From a virus (taxonomy: Duplodnaviria > Caudoviricetes), in the IMG/VR virus record IMGVR_UViG_3300036942_000148, positions 1 through 64,000 of that record: 64,000 bases of DNA. The stretch is one strand, 5' to 3'. A program made the translations under genes and the position numbers. Below are positions 49,601-57,941 of the stretch, one piece after another. The first letter of the stretch is position 1, and each line of letters opens with the position of its first letter. A model generated the notes under the pieces. The model made no database searches and was not told the DNA's origin. It worked only from the letters and a program-made list of their open reading frames with translations.

Positions 49601-51835
49601 CCCAGTTTTCATAGGATTAAATAGATTATCTTTCATGGAATCAATTAAAGAAGTTTTGGTTCCATCTTCGTGAGCAAAGAAGAGGTCAGTAATCTTCTGA
49701 TTCATAGGGTCTATCACGTTTTCACTTACAAAATCAAAAGGAGCGCTATACATCTTTTGAACTGATTCTTTTATAGCATCAATCTTTCCTTTTCCTCTAC
49801 TTATTTGATCCCCTAGGAAACCTGAATCTTCTTTATCTTCATTTTGGTTTTGCAGTCTTTCTCTTAACTTATCTGTGCTAGATTTCTTATCAGGCTTGTA
49901 AGTGGTAACCATTGAATTTTCTTCTTCATCTTTATTCTTACCAGCTATCCCTTTTATCTCATTTTTTCTAACGAGCTTTTCCATCTTTCCTTCGTCAAAA
50001 TCATCTTTGATCAATTCTCTAGTAACCAAGTCATCATCGTAACTTGAAAGAGAATAGTAAATTCTAGCAAGATACTTAGGAATCACATCGGTAACTGATT
50101 TAAATATTGATTTATTCTTACCACCAGAACCTTGTTGATCTTTAATATTATCTGTATCAAATGCAGCTGCATAAGTCGAACTTTGCCCAGCTTCAGTATA
50201 AAGGTCATTGAGATTTCTGTTACCTTCCATTATTCTCTTTTGCATTTGGAACATTTCATCATTATCTAAATCGTTCCAGTAGTTTTTCATTAATCCCATT
50301 TGATCTTCATTTAAATTATAATCTTCAGCACTGTAGTTTTTATCATTAGGATCGAACATTTTTCCTGCTTTAGATATATTAGTGAATATCTCATTTAATT
50401 CTTCCTTTTCTTCATCAGACATCCCATATCCAAATCTACTAGAAGCATCAGTTAATAGACTTCCACCTGCTTCTTTTTGTTCCTTTTCTCTAAATTCTTT
50501 TTTAATATTCTTCTTAGTAGTAAATGCGCCTTTATCATAATCGTACACTAATTCACTAGAATCCCCTCTAACTGCTGAAAGTATCTTAGAAAGAAGAGAA
50601 GGAATGGTGTGAGTGATAGAACGCTTAGTAATCCCGTCAAAAGGAACTGCACCTTTTTCGTATCCTCCAAAATCAGGACCGCTTTGCATAATGTCTCCCA
50701 CACCCATTACATCTAATATCTTCTTAAAGAATTTATTATCAGTGGAATCTTTCAATCTTTCCATCTGTAATAAGAATGTTTGTGGTAGACTATTTATGAT
50801 ACTATCAAATTGCTGGAGGGAATCTTTAAATCCTTCAGGAATCATATTATCAAATATAGCAGTCATAGCTCTCCCTACTGGGTTAGCTACAATCTCTTTA
50901 ATTCCCATCTTGATCATATCAGCCATGCCACCACCGCTAGTGGCACTTTGAGTCACATATTTGAAATATTCTAAGAAATTGAACGAACCATCGGAACCTA
51001 TTATTCTATTAATTGCTTTCTCTTTAGGTCCAGACCCTTTATCTTTTCCTATTCCAAAATAATTATTTCTTTTCTCAGTCTCATCAACCATCTTATTGAT
51101 ACTGGAATTCAAATCCTCGAAAGCTGTCAGTGAGCTTTCATAGAAACTGAGGGAAGTACTGTAATAATCCGTAGTGGTCTCTAATTGAAATTCTAACATT
51201 GTTCTAAGTACACTATTGGTCATAGTAATACTTCTATTAATATTAGAACCAATACTTAACACACTACCAGAAATAGATGCTCCAAGTTCCTGCATTTTTC
51301 CGGAAGTTCCTTGAGTAACATTCGTTACACTAACTGGGCTATTATTAACAGTTTGATTATTAATGGTGTTAGTTTGCTGATTTAAAGTCTTTTTATCATT
51401 CTTAGTTACATTGACTTTACCTTCATCTACTTCAGTACTAGTTCCCACATCAAACTCATCGTCATCGAAATCAAACTCACTCATGTCCATGTCAAAGAAA
51501 TCAGCCATAGCTTGTTCATTGGCTTCTTCTACTCTTTTTTGATTATTGAGTTGACCAGACTTCATGTCGGAAATCGCATTTTTAAGCAGATCAGAAGTAG
51601 ATTGCTTTGCAAAATCAATGTTTTCAGATACCTTCCCACTAGAACTACTAGACATGGATTTCTTTATACCTTCACTAATAGAATTAGCTTCTCTAATATT
51701 TTGTCTAATATCTTGACCTTTATTTATGATTGCTTCATTAGCTTCTATATTCTTAAATAGATTAGGTAAGTTACGCCTAGCAACACTCTTGAGAGTAAAC
51801 TTCAAACTTGATTTTAAATTTTTCCCATAACTCAT
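43622..51835 (-). CDS. tape measure protein with Gly-zipper repeats and C-terminal lysozyme-like domain
   Basis: 2737 aa, late promoter, next to baseplate genes; HYESG..GDHGGKSYGPYQL..AVFSTAVQHG. Confidence 0.85.
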   Translation of the reverse strand: MSYGKNLKSSLKFTLKSVARRNLPNLFKNIEANEAIINKGQDIRQNIREANSISEGIKKSMSSSSSGKVSENIDFAKQSTSDLLKNAISDMKSGQLNNQKRVEEANEQAMADFFDMDMSEFDFDDDEFDVGTSTEVDEGKVNVTKNDKKTLNQQTNTINNQTVNNSPVSVTNVTQGTSGKMQELGASISGSVLSIGSNINRSITMTNSVLRTMLEFQLETTTDYYSTSLSFYESSLTAFEDLNSSINKMVDETEKRNNYFGIGKDKGSGPKEKAINRIIGSDGSFNFLEYFKYVTQSATSGGGMADMIKMGIKEIVANPVGRAMTAIFDNMIPEGFKDSLQQFDSIINSLPQTFLLQMERLKDSTDNKFFKKILDVMGVGDIMQSGPDFGGYEKGAVPFDGITKRSITHTIPSLLSKILSAVRGDSSELVYDYDKGAFTTKKNIKKEFREKEQKEAGGSLLTDASSRFGYGMSDEEKEELNEIFTNISKAGKMFDPNDKNYSAEDYNLNEDQMGLMKNYWNDLDNDEMFQMQKRIMEGNRNLNDLYTEAGQSSTYAAAFDTDNIKDQQGSGGKNKSIFKSVTDVIPKYLARIYYSLSSYDDDLVTRELIKDDFDEGKMEKLVRKNEIKGIAGKNKDEEENSMVTTYKPDKKSSTDKLRERLQNQNEDKEDSGFLGDQISRGKGKIDAIKESVQKMYSAPFDFVSENVIDPMNQKITDLFFAHEDGTKTSLIDSMKDNLFNPMKTGFKNLLFGMDTPEGLDIDSPDLGGWSPFGIKGLFGNFADSFDGLKTSLKKFMFGDKNAEDDDDKTGWLNGEYAKAAGIGGALSLFLPGGPLIGAGLGLFSRTDEMKDMISSTKDFLFGDKGDEIDPDNPKKSMFKFASDDQKDQFKQLGISSGVGILSSFILPGGPLLGALGGLAFNTRSVQNWLFGESDEDTGILDKIGMSDKEDLKKAGISSGIGVLSSFILPGGPLLGALTGFALQTDQAKEFLFGTEDEEGFLNKIGYNEDSIQGVKIGAGVGALTGLIMPGGPLLGSLLGVASQSEIVKDYLFGEDGELTKRGIDEKQAKKMGISGGVGALVGLSMPGGPVIGGLLGIATQTDQFKDFMFGDDGILTSINISRDKLKQLGIGAGGGALASLVLPGGPVIGGLLGIATQTEYFDDFMFGEDGIATSIGLSKEDMKQRGMGAGVGALAWMGMPGGPVLGGMLGLATQTDVFKEAVFGSKDKEGLIDKLGSSKDDLKKRGITGVSSGLLASFFLPGGPLIGGLVGLVTQTKAFREGVFGDEGILTKAMDKLKGFGKDLTTAIFGDEDNESIIKKGGALKEAIGDKLVDNDLRKSFSDTVSKVFSSAKDSDFSPFSIDIGGDLTNSAKDSALKAIDGMKDMTSAVTGTAKDMSANIKDKTTTKLSDVKETITTKVSDVIDTIKDRDIDNNEKIDVISNNSDFIKEAIGIDSESTISNRLANIDKNTNKNEELLKQIELNTRGLGDPSADPAQEGKAGSSWIGKAKDFVKGVVTHPVKWVKNAIGGVFKGIKNNLKRIFIDPIVKTLKGVTSLVKGLEKGIKEIYNVSKAVIVEVYNVGKSVITTAGSFLKDSVIKPLGTLIGETFKGAIKGAVKTVEYFGRAVDTVVDGLFNGLDILKDAFFEAGKTVMSFAKATGSLVRDGLGMLSSGVSKVIGRDKRKSLGSVYVEGGVLDKVKEVVRIDTSKSSNSSGINKDSWADKRRQARANEELEIEKTENKLLGSINKGIGKITGDGEGDGLFSDIGAELGATLIGDTSGEFIGTLMGDTAGEAGGGILGGIIANSALQGAGSLLLNASGIGAGIMGVLDFFKGLGKADDWFEENTGSNKVFSGIGAFFSGSEDDTSNIVKNAIKWGMAGGAIAGIGSFGVATPVGFGLGAALGAGLGYIGGEKTSHAFKAVGDKFVDFTNFMANGLLGGSEKDDESTIMERMYETDGLRGLILGATAGFPFGGPVGSAIGGILGYMGPKGIVDNVSTLGTGILSGTIWLKDTVTDMFNGLESEDKDERMKSFGEISTVLAGALTGGAIGTGLMPGIGTVLGAGIGAIGTVGIIDITEKLGKKLKSGVEWLKDTVSDKVESIKENFKESSDEEKGIMVMKGATGISGALVGGALGTMLMPGIGTILGAALGGFGATKLVDLGVVVGNKMKDMYDSITDKFSSLKKSFTERDDLQDRKESDVNDELKDQSGISGLINGMSAGWYFSGVTGALWSGLLGFMPSSIFSVISTITGSISSVFGGIKDKWNDIKNRMGEIKDGMIDGLNKLPFINIGGDEEDSEIAKAQKDKTSIIESFSSFSTGISNFFTNKLQEVKDGAGSWINKINPFSKDEPKNNHSINTENSNLETVTGKSYNMGDIASHYESGGAGAGIISSGRGDHGGKSYGPYQLSSKQKTLHSFVNNFLPNKDKAIYNELMLNTDPSTTRNKRNRKVAITSDDFDKNWRKVAKKYPERFRALQSQFIKESHYDPMKRRFKSELGIDLDNKSKALREAVFSTAVQHGAGTSLINNAGITSDMSDKDIIKAIYNERGKRNKDGELAYFSSSSSAVQKGVYNRLLGKRSEGNELENVLALYDQEQTTARSTSTSDYVDKYTKDGEVLAAVNETIKASNEMNEEDRQLKKELIEVTKELLNFNKEINDNLREDLQNRLGEEQDIKDLSSQQVDILTQLVQMINKSETEQEQNSLQSAISMLFGNMNDGNVSGSKNTKYEDKIATG
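47975..49385 (-). repeat. eight tandem PGGP glycine-zipper repeats in the TMP
   Basis: G.G.L....(L/M)PGGP(L/V)(L/I)G...G...T....(L/M/V)FG x8. Confidence 0.85.
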
Positions 51836-51905
51836 TTAGAAATTTCACCGCCTTAGCTTATTTATATAAAATTATTTATTATCATTAATATTATAAATTT
51901 TTAAT

Positions 51906-51917
51906 TATTTTATTGTT
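51906..51917 (-). promoter_or_regulatory. late-type promoter AACA-N6-TA
   Basis: AACA ATAAAA TA upstream of TMP. Confidence 0.7.
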
Positions 51918-51923
51918 GTCTAG

Positions 51924-51967
51924 AAAAAAAAAATAATAAATAGAGTCATGAAAACTCTATTTATTAT
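51924..51967 (-). terminator. intrinsic terminator
   Basis: ATAATAAATAGAG/CTCTATTTATTAT then T-run on minus strand. Confidence 0.75.
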
Positions 51968-51981
51968 CTTGTAAGAGGAGA

Positions 51982-53070
51982 TTAAATATACTCTTCACCT
52001 TCAAAAATTTCTTCTAATTTTAAAGGTGTTCTATATTTTCCAGAAAAATATTTATCATTGATATATCTCAATGCCTGACCATCTACTTTATTCACAATTT
52101 GATTGTCGATGGATGCTTTCATCTTTTCATTCATCAAGTTATTGATTTCTCTATGTGAAATTTGTTTGAATGACTTTCTTAATCTTTCTTTCTGATTGTC
52201 CACAAACTCATCTTCAAGATCTCCAATGAAGTCATTTATATCTAAATACTCTATATTACTAATCTTTTCATCATCAATCCATTTTTGTATTTTATTAGAA
52301 GAACGAATATAACCATAACCATTTAAACCTTGAATATTATACCTTTTGTAACCCACTAAACTAAAAATAATAGGTAATAACTCTGGTATAAAAGTATATT
52401 CATCATAATCTTTCTCGGTAAGTTTAGGGATAATATCTTCTTTTTCTAATACTTCAGAATTATCTTGCTTACAAGTCAAAACTATAGTATCATCTAATAA
52501 GGCATTCTGCCAAGAAAGTTTAGTATTGTTCAATATGACATTCAATTGATTTTCCTTATGGTAGTTAGTTATAAAATATCTAGGAAAACCTTCAGGATCG
52601 AACTCTTTAGTATTGATGAAATAGACATTAGGTATATAGTTCCCGATAGTTTTAGATAGTTTAATATTCTTCTCCATTATAGAATTTATGTTAGAGAATT
52701 CTGGGTTATCATCGTTGATTCTTTTAGCATAATAATCCTTTTTATATTCTCTATTGATTTCTTTCAGTTTATCACATTCTCTGGTGGAGTAATAAAAGTA
52801 GAATGTAGTGTAAGTTTGATGTCTCGACCAGAAGTATCTCCTATAATGAGCCGCAATATTGAGTAGTTCTACTGTTATTAGGAACTTCTCACTATTATTC
52901 ATAGTGTTAAAGTGTTCAATAGTTCTTGGATTATAAATACTGTTCAATAGTGAATAGATATCGATATAAAATACTACGTCATCCTTTTCTTCGGGTAAGT
53001 ACTTCGGGAAGAAATCGTTAAGTATATTATATCTTATCTTTTTTGAATTTAATATCTTTTCAAGTATCAT
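51982..53070 (-). CDS. putative PIN-fold 5'-3' exonuclease / RNase H-like protein
   Basis: VFYIDIYSLL, TTFYFYY, YKKDY, H3TH-like YNIQGLNGYG; acidic catalytic set only partly evident. Confidence 0.45.
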   Translation of the reverse strand: MILEKILNSKKIRYNILNDFFPKYLPEEKDDVVFYIDIYSLLNSIYNPRTIEHFNTMNNSEKFLITVELLNIAAHYRRYFWSRHQTYTTFYFYYSTRECDKLKEINREYKKDYYAKRINDDNPEFSNINSIMEKNIKLSKTIGNYIPNVYFINTKEFDPEGFPRYFITNYHKENQLNVILNNTKLSWQNALLDDTIVLTCKQDNSEVLEKEDIIPKLTEKDYDEYTFIPELLPIIFSLVGYKRYNIQGLNGYGYIRSSNKIQKWIDDEKISNIEYLDINDFIGDLEDEFVDNQKERLRKSFKQISHREINNLMNEKMKASIDNQIVNKVDGQALRYINDKYFSGKYRTPLKLEEIFEGEEYI

Positions 53071-53096
53071 TTTAATTATCCCTTCCTTTCACTATT

Positions 53097-53106
53097 ATAA
53101 TATATA
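53097..53106 (-). promoter_or_regulatory. putative early promoter TATATATTAT
   Basis: Motif match on minus strand. Confidence 0.6.
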
Positions 53107-53122
53107 CTTATAAATCCAATTA

Positions 53123-53662
53123 CTATATATTAGTAATGTTAGTTCCGTCAGCTCCTGCTACTCTATCTTGATTTTGATAGGTTCCTATATCTTTATATAA
53201 ATTTTCTATGTTCCCAGTATTTTCCATGAGAACTAATTGACAGATAGCTTTTCCTGCTTTAATTTTAATTGGTAGATTATTAGCGTTAAATAACTCTAAA
53301 GTAAGTTTACCTTCAAACCCAGGATTAACAAAACCTGCATTTTGAATGAATAACCCTAGTCTTCCAATGGATGATTTCCCTTCGATTAACGTGGAAATAG
53401 AGTTTGGGAAAGATACGTATTCTTTAGTGGTTCCCAATATGAAACTCTTACCGGGTATGAATATCTCATCTTTCTCTATCTCTTCATACTCAATTTCTTT
53501 ATCCAAAGTGATAATCTCATTGCTTTCTTTCATCTTTAAGTATTTATTATCTAAATGTAAATCAATTGAAGAACTTTGCAACTGTTTGCCAGGATTATAA
53601 GGATCTATTCTAAGCTTTCTATTCTTAATGTATGTTTTAATTTCTTTATCAGTTAATACCAT
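53123..53662 (-). CDS. dcd: dCTP deaminase
   Basis: QSSSIDLHL, GKSSIGRLGL, NAGFVNPGFEGKLTLE, ICQLV, YQNQ. Confidence 0.92.
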   Translation of the reverse strand: MVLTDKEIKTYIKNRKLRIDPYNPGKQLQSSSIDLHLDNKYLKMKESNEIITLDKEIEYEEIEKDEIFIPGKSFILGTTKEYVSFPNSISTLIEGKSSIGRLGLFIQNAGFVNPGFEGKLTLELFNANNLPIKIKAGKAICQLVLMENTGNIENLYKDIGTYQNQDRVAGADGTNITNI

Positions 53663-53693
53663 TATTAAAATCCCCCTCAGAATTTAATTTTTG

Positions 53694-53705
53694 TATTATT
53701 TTGTT
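53694..53705 (-). promoter_or_regulatory. late-type promoter AACA-N6-TA
   Basis: AACA AAATAA TA. Confidence 0.65.
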
Positions 53706-53725
53706 TTATATAAATTAAATCTTTA

Positions 53726-53761
53726 AAAATAAAAAGAGATAATCAATTAAGATTATCTCTT
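53726..53761 (-). terminator. intrinsic terminator
   Basis: AAGAGATAATC/GATTATCTCTT then T-tract on minus strand. Confidence 0.75.
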
Positions 53762-53823
53762 CTTCAATACGAATGAGTAATATTCTCTATTTATTTGTCC
53801 GTTACTCTCGGGCAAATGGATAT

Positions 53824-53943
53824 TTACATAATGCTATATAAAATACCTTTGTGTTCATTTTCTTTATTGAAAAGGCTTCCACTACATTTAGAGCAATGAA
53901 CCCTTCCTGAACGATTATTTGTATTGCAATCTTTGCAAATCAT
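53824..53943 (-). CDS. 39-aa zinc-ribbon microprotein (absent from ORF track)
   Basis: AAGGAGG RBS; MICKDCNTNNRSGRVHCSKCSGSL... Confidence 0.75.
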   Translation of the reverse strand: MICKDCNTNNRSGRVHCSKCSGSLFNKENEHKGILYSIM

Positions 53944-54000
53944 AATTATTCCTCCTTGTTATATTAGTTATAAAGTTATAGGATTATTATTTTATTTATA

Positions 54001-54942
54001 TTATAAAACCATTTCATCGATATCAATAAAAGCATCTAATGTTTCTTTTGCTTTCTTTTCTTTCTCTTTCTTAATTTCATCTAATTTATTATTTAATCTT
54101 TGGTACTCTTCTTTATAATGTAATAAATTTTCTTTATGAATCTCTGTTCTTTCTTTTAAATCATTTAATTTTTTCTGATCTGGATTATCTTGTTTCTCTA
54201 AAATAGAAAGTTCTTTTTTAATTCTTTCCATTTTAGCCTTTTCTCTACCTTCTGCTCCATCTAAACTTTTTAAATCTCTTTTAATTTCTTGTATTTCTTC
54301 ATATAATTCTAGTTCTTCCTGTTGTAATTGTTCCCATTTCTTCTGTTTTTCATTCTTAGCATTTTTTAATTCTTCGTTCTTACCCTCTAGTTGTCTAGAA
54401 ATTTTTAACATTTCCATTTCAAATTTCTCAGGGTCAGCATCAAAGTCAAGATTTTCAACTTCTCTATTGATTTTTTCATATTTTTTAGTATCAGCTAATA
54501 TCTTGTCTAATTCTTTTCTTCTTTTCTTTGAATCTTTTAATTGTCTCTTAGCTAGATCATTAACTTTTTTATTAGTAGTTTCTAACTTCTTAGATTCTTG
54601 TTCTGTTTTTTGTATGCTCTTTTCTACTTTTTTATTGGATTTAATATCTTTCTCTGTTTTATCAGCTTTTCCAAATATCTTTTCTTTAATCTTCTTGAAA
54701 AAGTTCTTAATCATATCTAGTAACTTTTTAACCTGATCTTTGATCCAATTAATAACGTCTCCAATTTTACCTTCTAATAATTCTTCATCTTCATTGACAA
54801 TAGCTTGATGTTCTATTAACATGAACTTTTGAATCATACTATAATCTTCAATTAACATCTTGTTGAATTCTTCTGTTAATTGATATATTAAAGGATCTAT
54901 ATTAATATCCTCTTCTAAGTATGGATCATTATCTAAAAACAT
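54001..54942 (-). CDS. putative internal head protein (MFL-family), coiled coil
   Basis: MFLDN start, MLIEH, LLEG-KIGDVINWIKD. Confidence 0.6.
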   Translation of the reverse strand: MFLDNDPYLEEDINIDPLIYQLTEEFNKMLIEDYSMIQKFMLIEHQAIVNEDEELLEGKIGDVINWIKDQVKKLLDMIKNFFKKIKEKIFGKADKTEKDIKSNKKVEKSIQKTEQESKKLETTNKKVNDLAKRQLKDSKKRRKELDKILADTKKYEKINREVENLDFDADPEKFEMEMLKISRQLEGKNEELKNAKNEKQKKWEQLQQEELELYEEIQEIKRDLKSLDGAEGREKAKMERIKKELSILEKQDNPDQKKLNDLKERTEIHKENLLHYKEEYQRLNNKLDEIKKEKEKKAKETLDAFIDIDEMVL

Positions 54943-55016
54943 AATTATCATCCTTAATTGAAAATTTATATTAATTAACCTTTTCTACAATATTACATTA
55001 AATTACCCTATTATAT

Positions 55017-55028
55017 TATTACTTTGTT
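55017..55028 (-). promoter_or_regulatory. late-type promoter AACA-N6-TA
   Basis: AACA AAGTAA TA. Confidence 0.65.
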
Positions 55029-55029
55029 A

Positions 55030-55840
55030 GTTTAAGACTTTCTGGTTTTGAAACTTCATTTGTAATTAATAAACATTAATACACAATTATACAAAATAAT
55101 TTTATAAAATAATTTTTAAAAATAATTACTTTATAAAATTTAATTGTAACTGAAGTTTTATTTCAATTGAAAAATACTATTCAAATTAGATTATTGAATA
55201 GTATTATTATTTTGAATTATGATATAAAATATTATTAAAAATTATTACCTAAACCCCCTTACCCCCTTAAATTACTCTTTCTCACTGTGTCTTTTTATTA
55301 TTTTTGTTTTTCAATTCCACTCTTTTTAAATAAAAAATAATTTTCCCACCTTTAAAATTTAGTACAAAACTTTTTTCTAGCACTTCCATAATATATTGAT
55401 ATAATTAGTAGCGCACTGCGCTGCTAATTATTTGCAGCTCGGCAAAAATCTAATAAAACTTTAATGGTCGGTAAATCTCTTATTGATTTTCAATATAATC
55501 TGTGTAAAATTTTTAATTAAATTTTAATAGTTCAAATTCATTTTTCTAAGGGAAAATTATATAAATCAAAATTGTAAAATTAGAATCTAATATATTTTGG
55601 ACAATAATCTCAAACAATATTAGAAATCAATAAACTAATTTATATATTAAAAATCAATAATAAATAAAAATTAAATGTAATAATCATTAATTTTCAATAA
55701 ATTAATTTCAATTTCATTTTACTTTTCTGAAGGGAAAAGTATATAAATTTTGATAGAAATAATTATTTTAAACTGTAAGAATATTAAAAATAATCTAACA
55801 ACGTGAAAAATATTTAATCCAACAATAGTTATTCAAAATT
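55030..55840. other. long AT-rich non-coding region, candidate replication origin or regulatory hub
   Basis: No ORF; GC hairpin 55402-55430, ACCCCCTTA tandem repeat, two TTTTC..AAGGGAAAA.TATATAAAT copies. Confidence 0.35.
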
Positions 55841-55842
55841 AA

Positions 55843-55854
55843 AACAAAATATTA
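55843..55854 (+). promoter_or_regulatory. late-type promoter AACA-N6-TA
   Basis: AACA AAATAT TA. Confidence 0.6.
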
Positions 55855-55903
55855 AATATCATCCAAAATTATTAAATATATAATAAAAGAGGTGCTTTTT
55901 AAA

Positions 55904-57346
55904 GTGGATTGGAATGAAATTAAACAAGATAGAGATAAACTATTAGAAAAGTTAATAGAATTAGGCACATACAGAGAAGTTGGTTTTGAATATAATGTCT
56001 CTCACACTACAGTTTCAAGATGGGCTAAGAAACATGATATAGAGCCAGAAGACTACAAAAATCCTAAAGAAGTTAAAGAAGGAAAGGAAGAAGTAAAACC
56101 AGATTATAAATTCTTTTCAGATAAAGATGAGGAATATTACATTATATATAAGAAGAATGATGAGATAAAAGTTACAGAAAAAGAGCTACAAAGATTTAAA
56201 TATCTATATTGTAATAAGTACATGCAGAAGTCTCTTAATTATTGTGTAAGAGAGCTTGAAATTCCTAGAGATAAGCTTTATGCTATCAAGACTGCGTTCT
56301 CTATCACTCATGACGATATTGAGTTCACTGAACATCAACTGCAGTCACATACTATCAAAGAACTTACAGATAAGAGTCTCACAAGAAAGAAAGATGCTGT
56401 TTATAAAAATATTGAAGATAAGTCTTTAAAATCAGACTTGAGAGAACTGAAGAAACTCAGACAGGAAGACTATATTGTAACTAAATGGTTAGATGGGCTC
56501 TCAGAGATAGTTGATGATTATCAATATATACCTCCTAAATATAATATAAATAAAGAAGATAGAAAAAGGAGATCAGTTATATTAAATTTAGCAGATATGC
56601 ATGTTGGTAAGAAAGTTGAAGGAGAATCATTACTGAGTGGTAAAGGAGATTACAATAAGACGGTTTTTGATGAAAGTAAAGAGAAACTGATCAAAGAAAC
56701 CATTCAATATATTAAGATAGTAAAACCAGAAAAACTTTATATATTGAATTATGGTGATGGAGCAGATGATCCTGCAGGAAACACCTATCCAGGTCAGAAA
56801 GACAATCAGGATCTTAGAAAAGAAGAACAGTTGCTTGCTTACGTAGATGCTCTAAATGATATTATATTTTCTCTTAGAGATTATGTAGAAGATATTCATT
56901 ACTCAGCAGTTCCAGGTAACCATTCAGATAGTGTTAATTGGGATATAGTAGCAGCAATGTTTCTTAAGAGATATTTTGGGAACTATGATAATATAACAGT
57001 TGATGCTAGAATGAAACCTGATAAGGTACATTCTATTTATGACTCACAAATTATTCAAACCCATGGGAATAATATTAGGACTGGTAAGTATACTAGAGAG
57101 CGTGACCTATTGAGCATGCTTAAGATAGCTAATATTACAGCTGATAAATCATATATTTGTCAGGGACATTTACATCATAAAGAAAGTTTTGAAGGTGCAG
57201 GTTTTGAATTCATATTGATACCTTCTTTTGTTGGTGGAGATGGATTAGCTGAGAACAAGATGAGAACTACCTCTAGAGCGAGACAGTTACTGTTTACAAT
57301 GACTGAAGAAGGAAAGAAAAACGTTCATAATATTTATTTTGACTAA
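55904..57346 (+). CDS. calcineurin-like metallophosphoesterase with N-terminal HTH
   Basis: ADMHVG, YGDGAD, PGNH, THG, GHLHH; VSHTTVSRWAK HTH. Confidence 0.82.
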   Translation: MDWNEIKQDRDKLLEKLIELGTYREVGFEYNVSHTTVSRWAKKHDIEPEDYKNPKEVKEGKEEVKPDYKFFSDKDEEYYIIYKKNDEIKVTEKELQRFKYLYCNKYMQKSLNYCVRELEIPRDKLYAIKTAFSITHDDIEFTEHQLQSHTIKELTDKSLTRKKDAVYKNIEDKSLKSDLRELKKLRQEDYIVTKWLDGLSEIVDDYQYIPPKYNINKEDRKRRSVILNLADMHVGKKVEGESLLSGKGDYNKTVFDESKEKLIKETIQYIKIVKPEKLYILNYGDGADDPAGNTYPGQKDNQDLRKEEQLLAYVDALNDIIFSLRDYVEDIHYSAVPGNHSDSVNWDIVAAMFLKRYFGNYDNITVDARMKPDKVHSIYDSQIIQTHGNNIRTGKYTRERDLLSMLKIANITADKSYICQGHLHHKESFEGAGFEFILIPSFVGGDGLAENKMRTTSRARQLLFTMTEEGKKNVHNIYFD

Positions 57347-57357
57347 ATTATATAATG

Positions 57358-57388
57358 AAAGCATAACCTTTTTGGGTTATGCTTTTTT
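57358..57388 (+). terminator. intrinsic terminator
   Basis: AAAGCATAACC/GGTTATGCTTT then T-run. Confidence 0.85.
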
Positions 57389-57464
57389 ATTTTTATATGT
57401 AGGGATTTGATTGTTTTTATCGAATAAAATAAATAAGGGTGCATAGTTTAAACTATAATTTAAA

Positions 57465-57474
57465 TATATATTAT
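57465..57474 (+). promoter_or_regulatory. putative early promoter TATATATTAT
   Basis: Motif match. Confidence 0.6.
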
Positions 57475-57530
57475 TATTCTGATAGAGAATAATTTTATAT
57501 TAAAAACTAATAAGAGAGGAGGAAATTACA

Positions 57531-57941
57531 TTGGAGAAAAATAAAATTTCATTTGAAGATTTTCCTTTTAATGGAAAAGGAATTGATGCTATTAAGTTTA
57601 GATTCTTTTATAATAAAACCACTAAAAAGATTGGATGTGAAGGTTTAGTATATTATAAAAGAAAAAGACCACATAATTTTTATGAATGTGGTTTAAATAA
57701 TAAGTTTTTAAAATTAGTTAAAAGAAGTAGAATAAGAGATTCAGTTTTAAATAACTCTAATCATTTTAAAGGTTACGAAATACTAAATTTATTTAACGAT
57801 GAAGTAGCTGGAGAGATTAGAGAAGGAAATATATTTATAACTTGGAAGAAAACTTTGACTACTTCTAAAAAATTTAATTTAAATAGTTTGTATGATGAAG
57901 AATATGAATGTACTCTATATAAAGAAGGAAGTGAAGTTTAA
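57531..57941 (+). CDS. hypothetical early protein
   Basis: 136 aa, GAGGAGG RBS. Confidence 0.75.
   Translation: MEKNKISFEDFPFNGKGIDAIKFRFFYNKTTKKIGCEGLVYYKRKRPHNFYECGLNNKFLKLVKRSRIRDSVLNNSNHFKGYEILNLFNDEVAGEIREGNIFITWKKTLTTSKKFNLNSLYDEEYECTLYKEGSEV

Noticed and set aside
44690-51760. Long plus-strand ORFs (303, 389, 209 aa etc.) opposite the tape measure gene
   Set aside because: Antisense shadows of a Gly/Ala-rich gene; no RBS, Ser/Pro/Ile-rich composition
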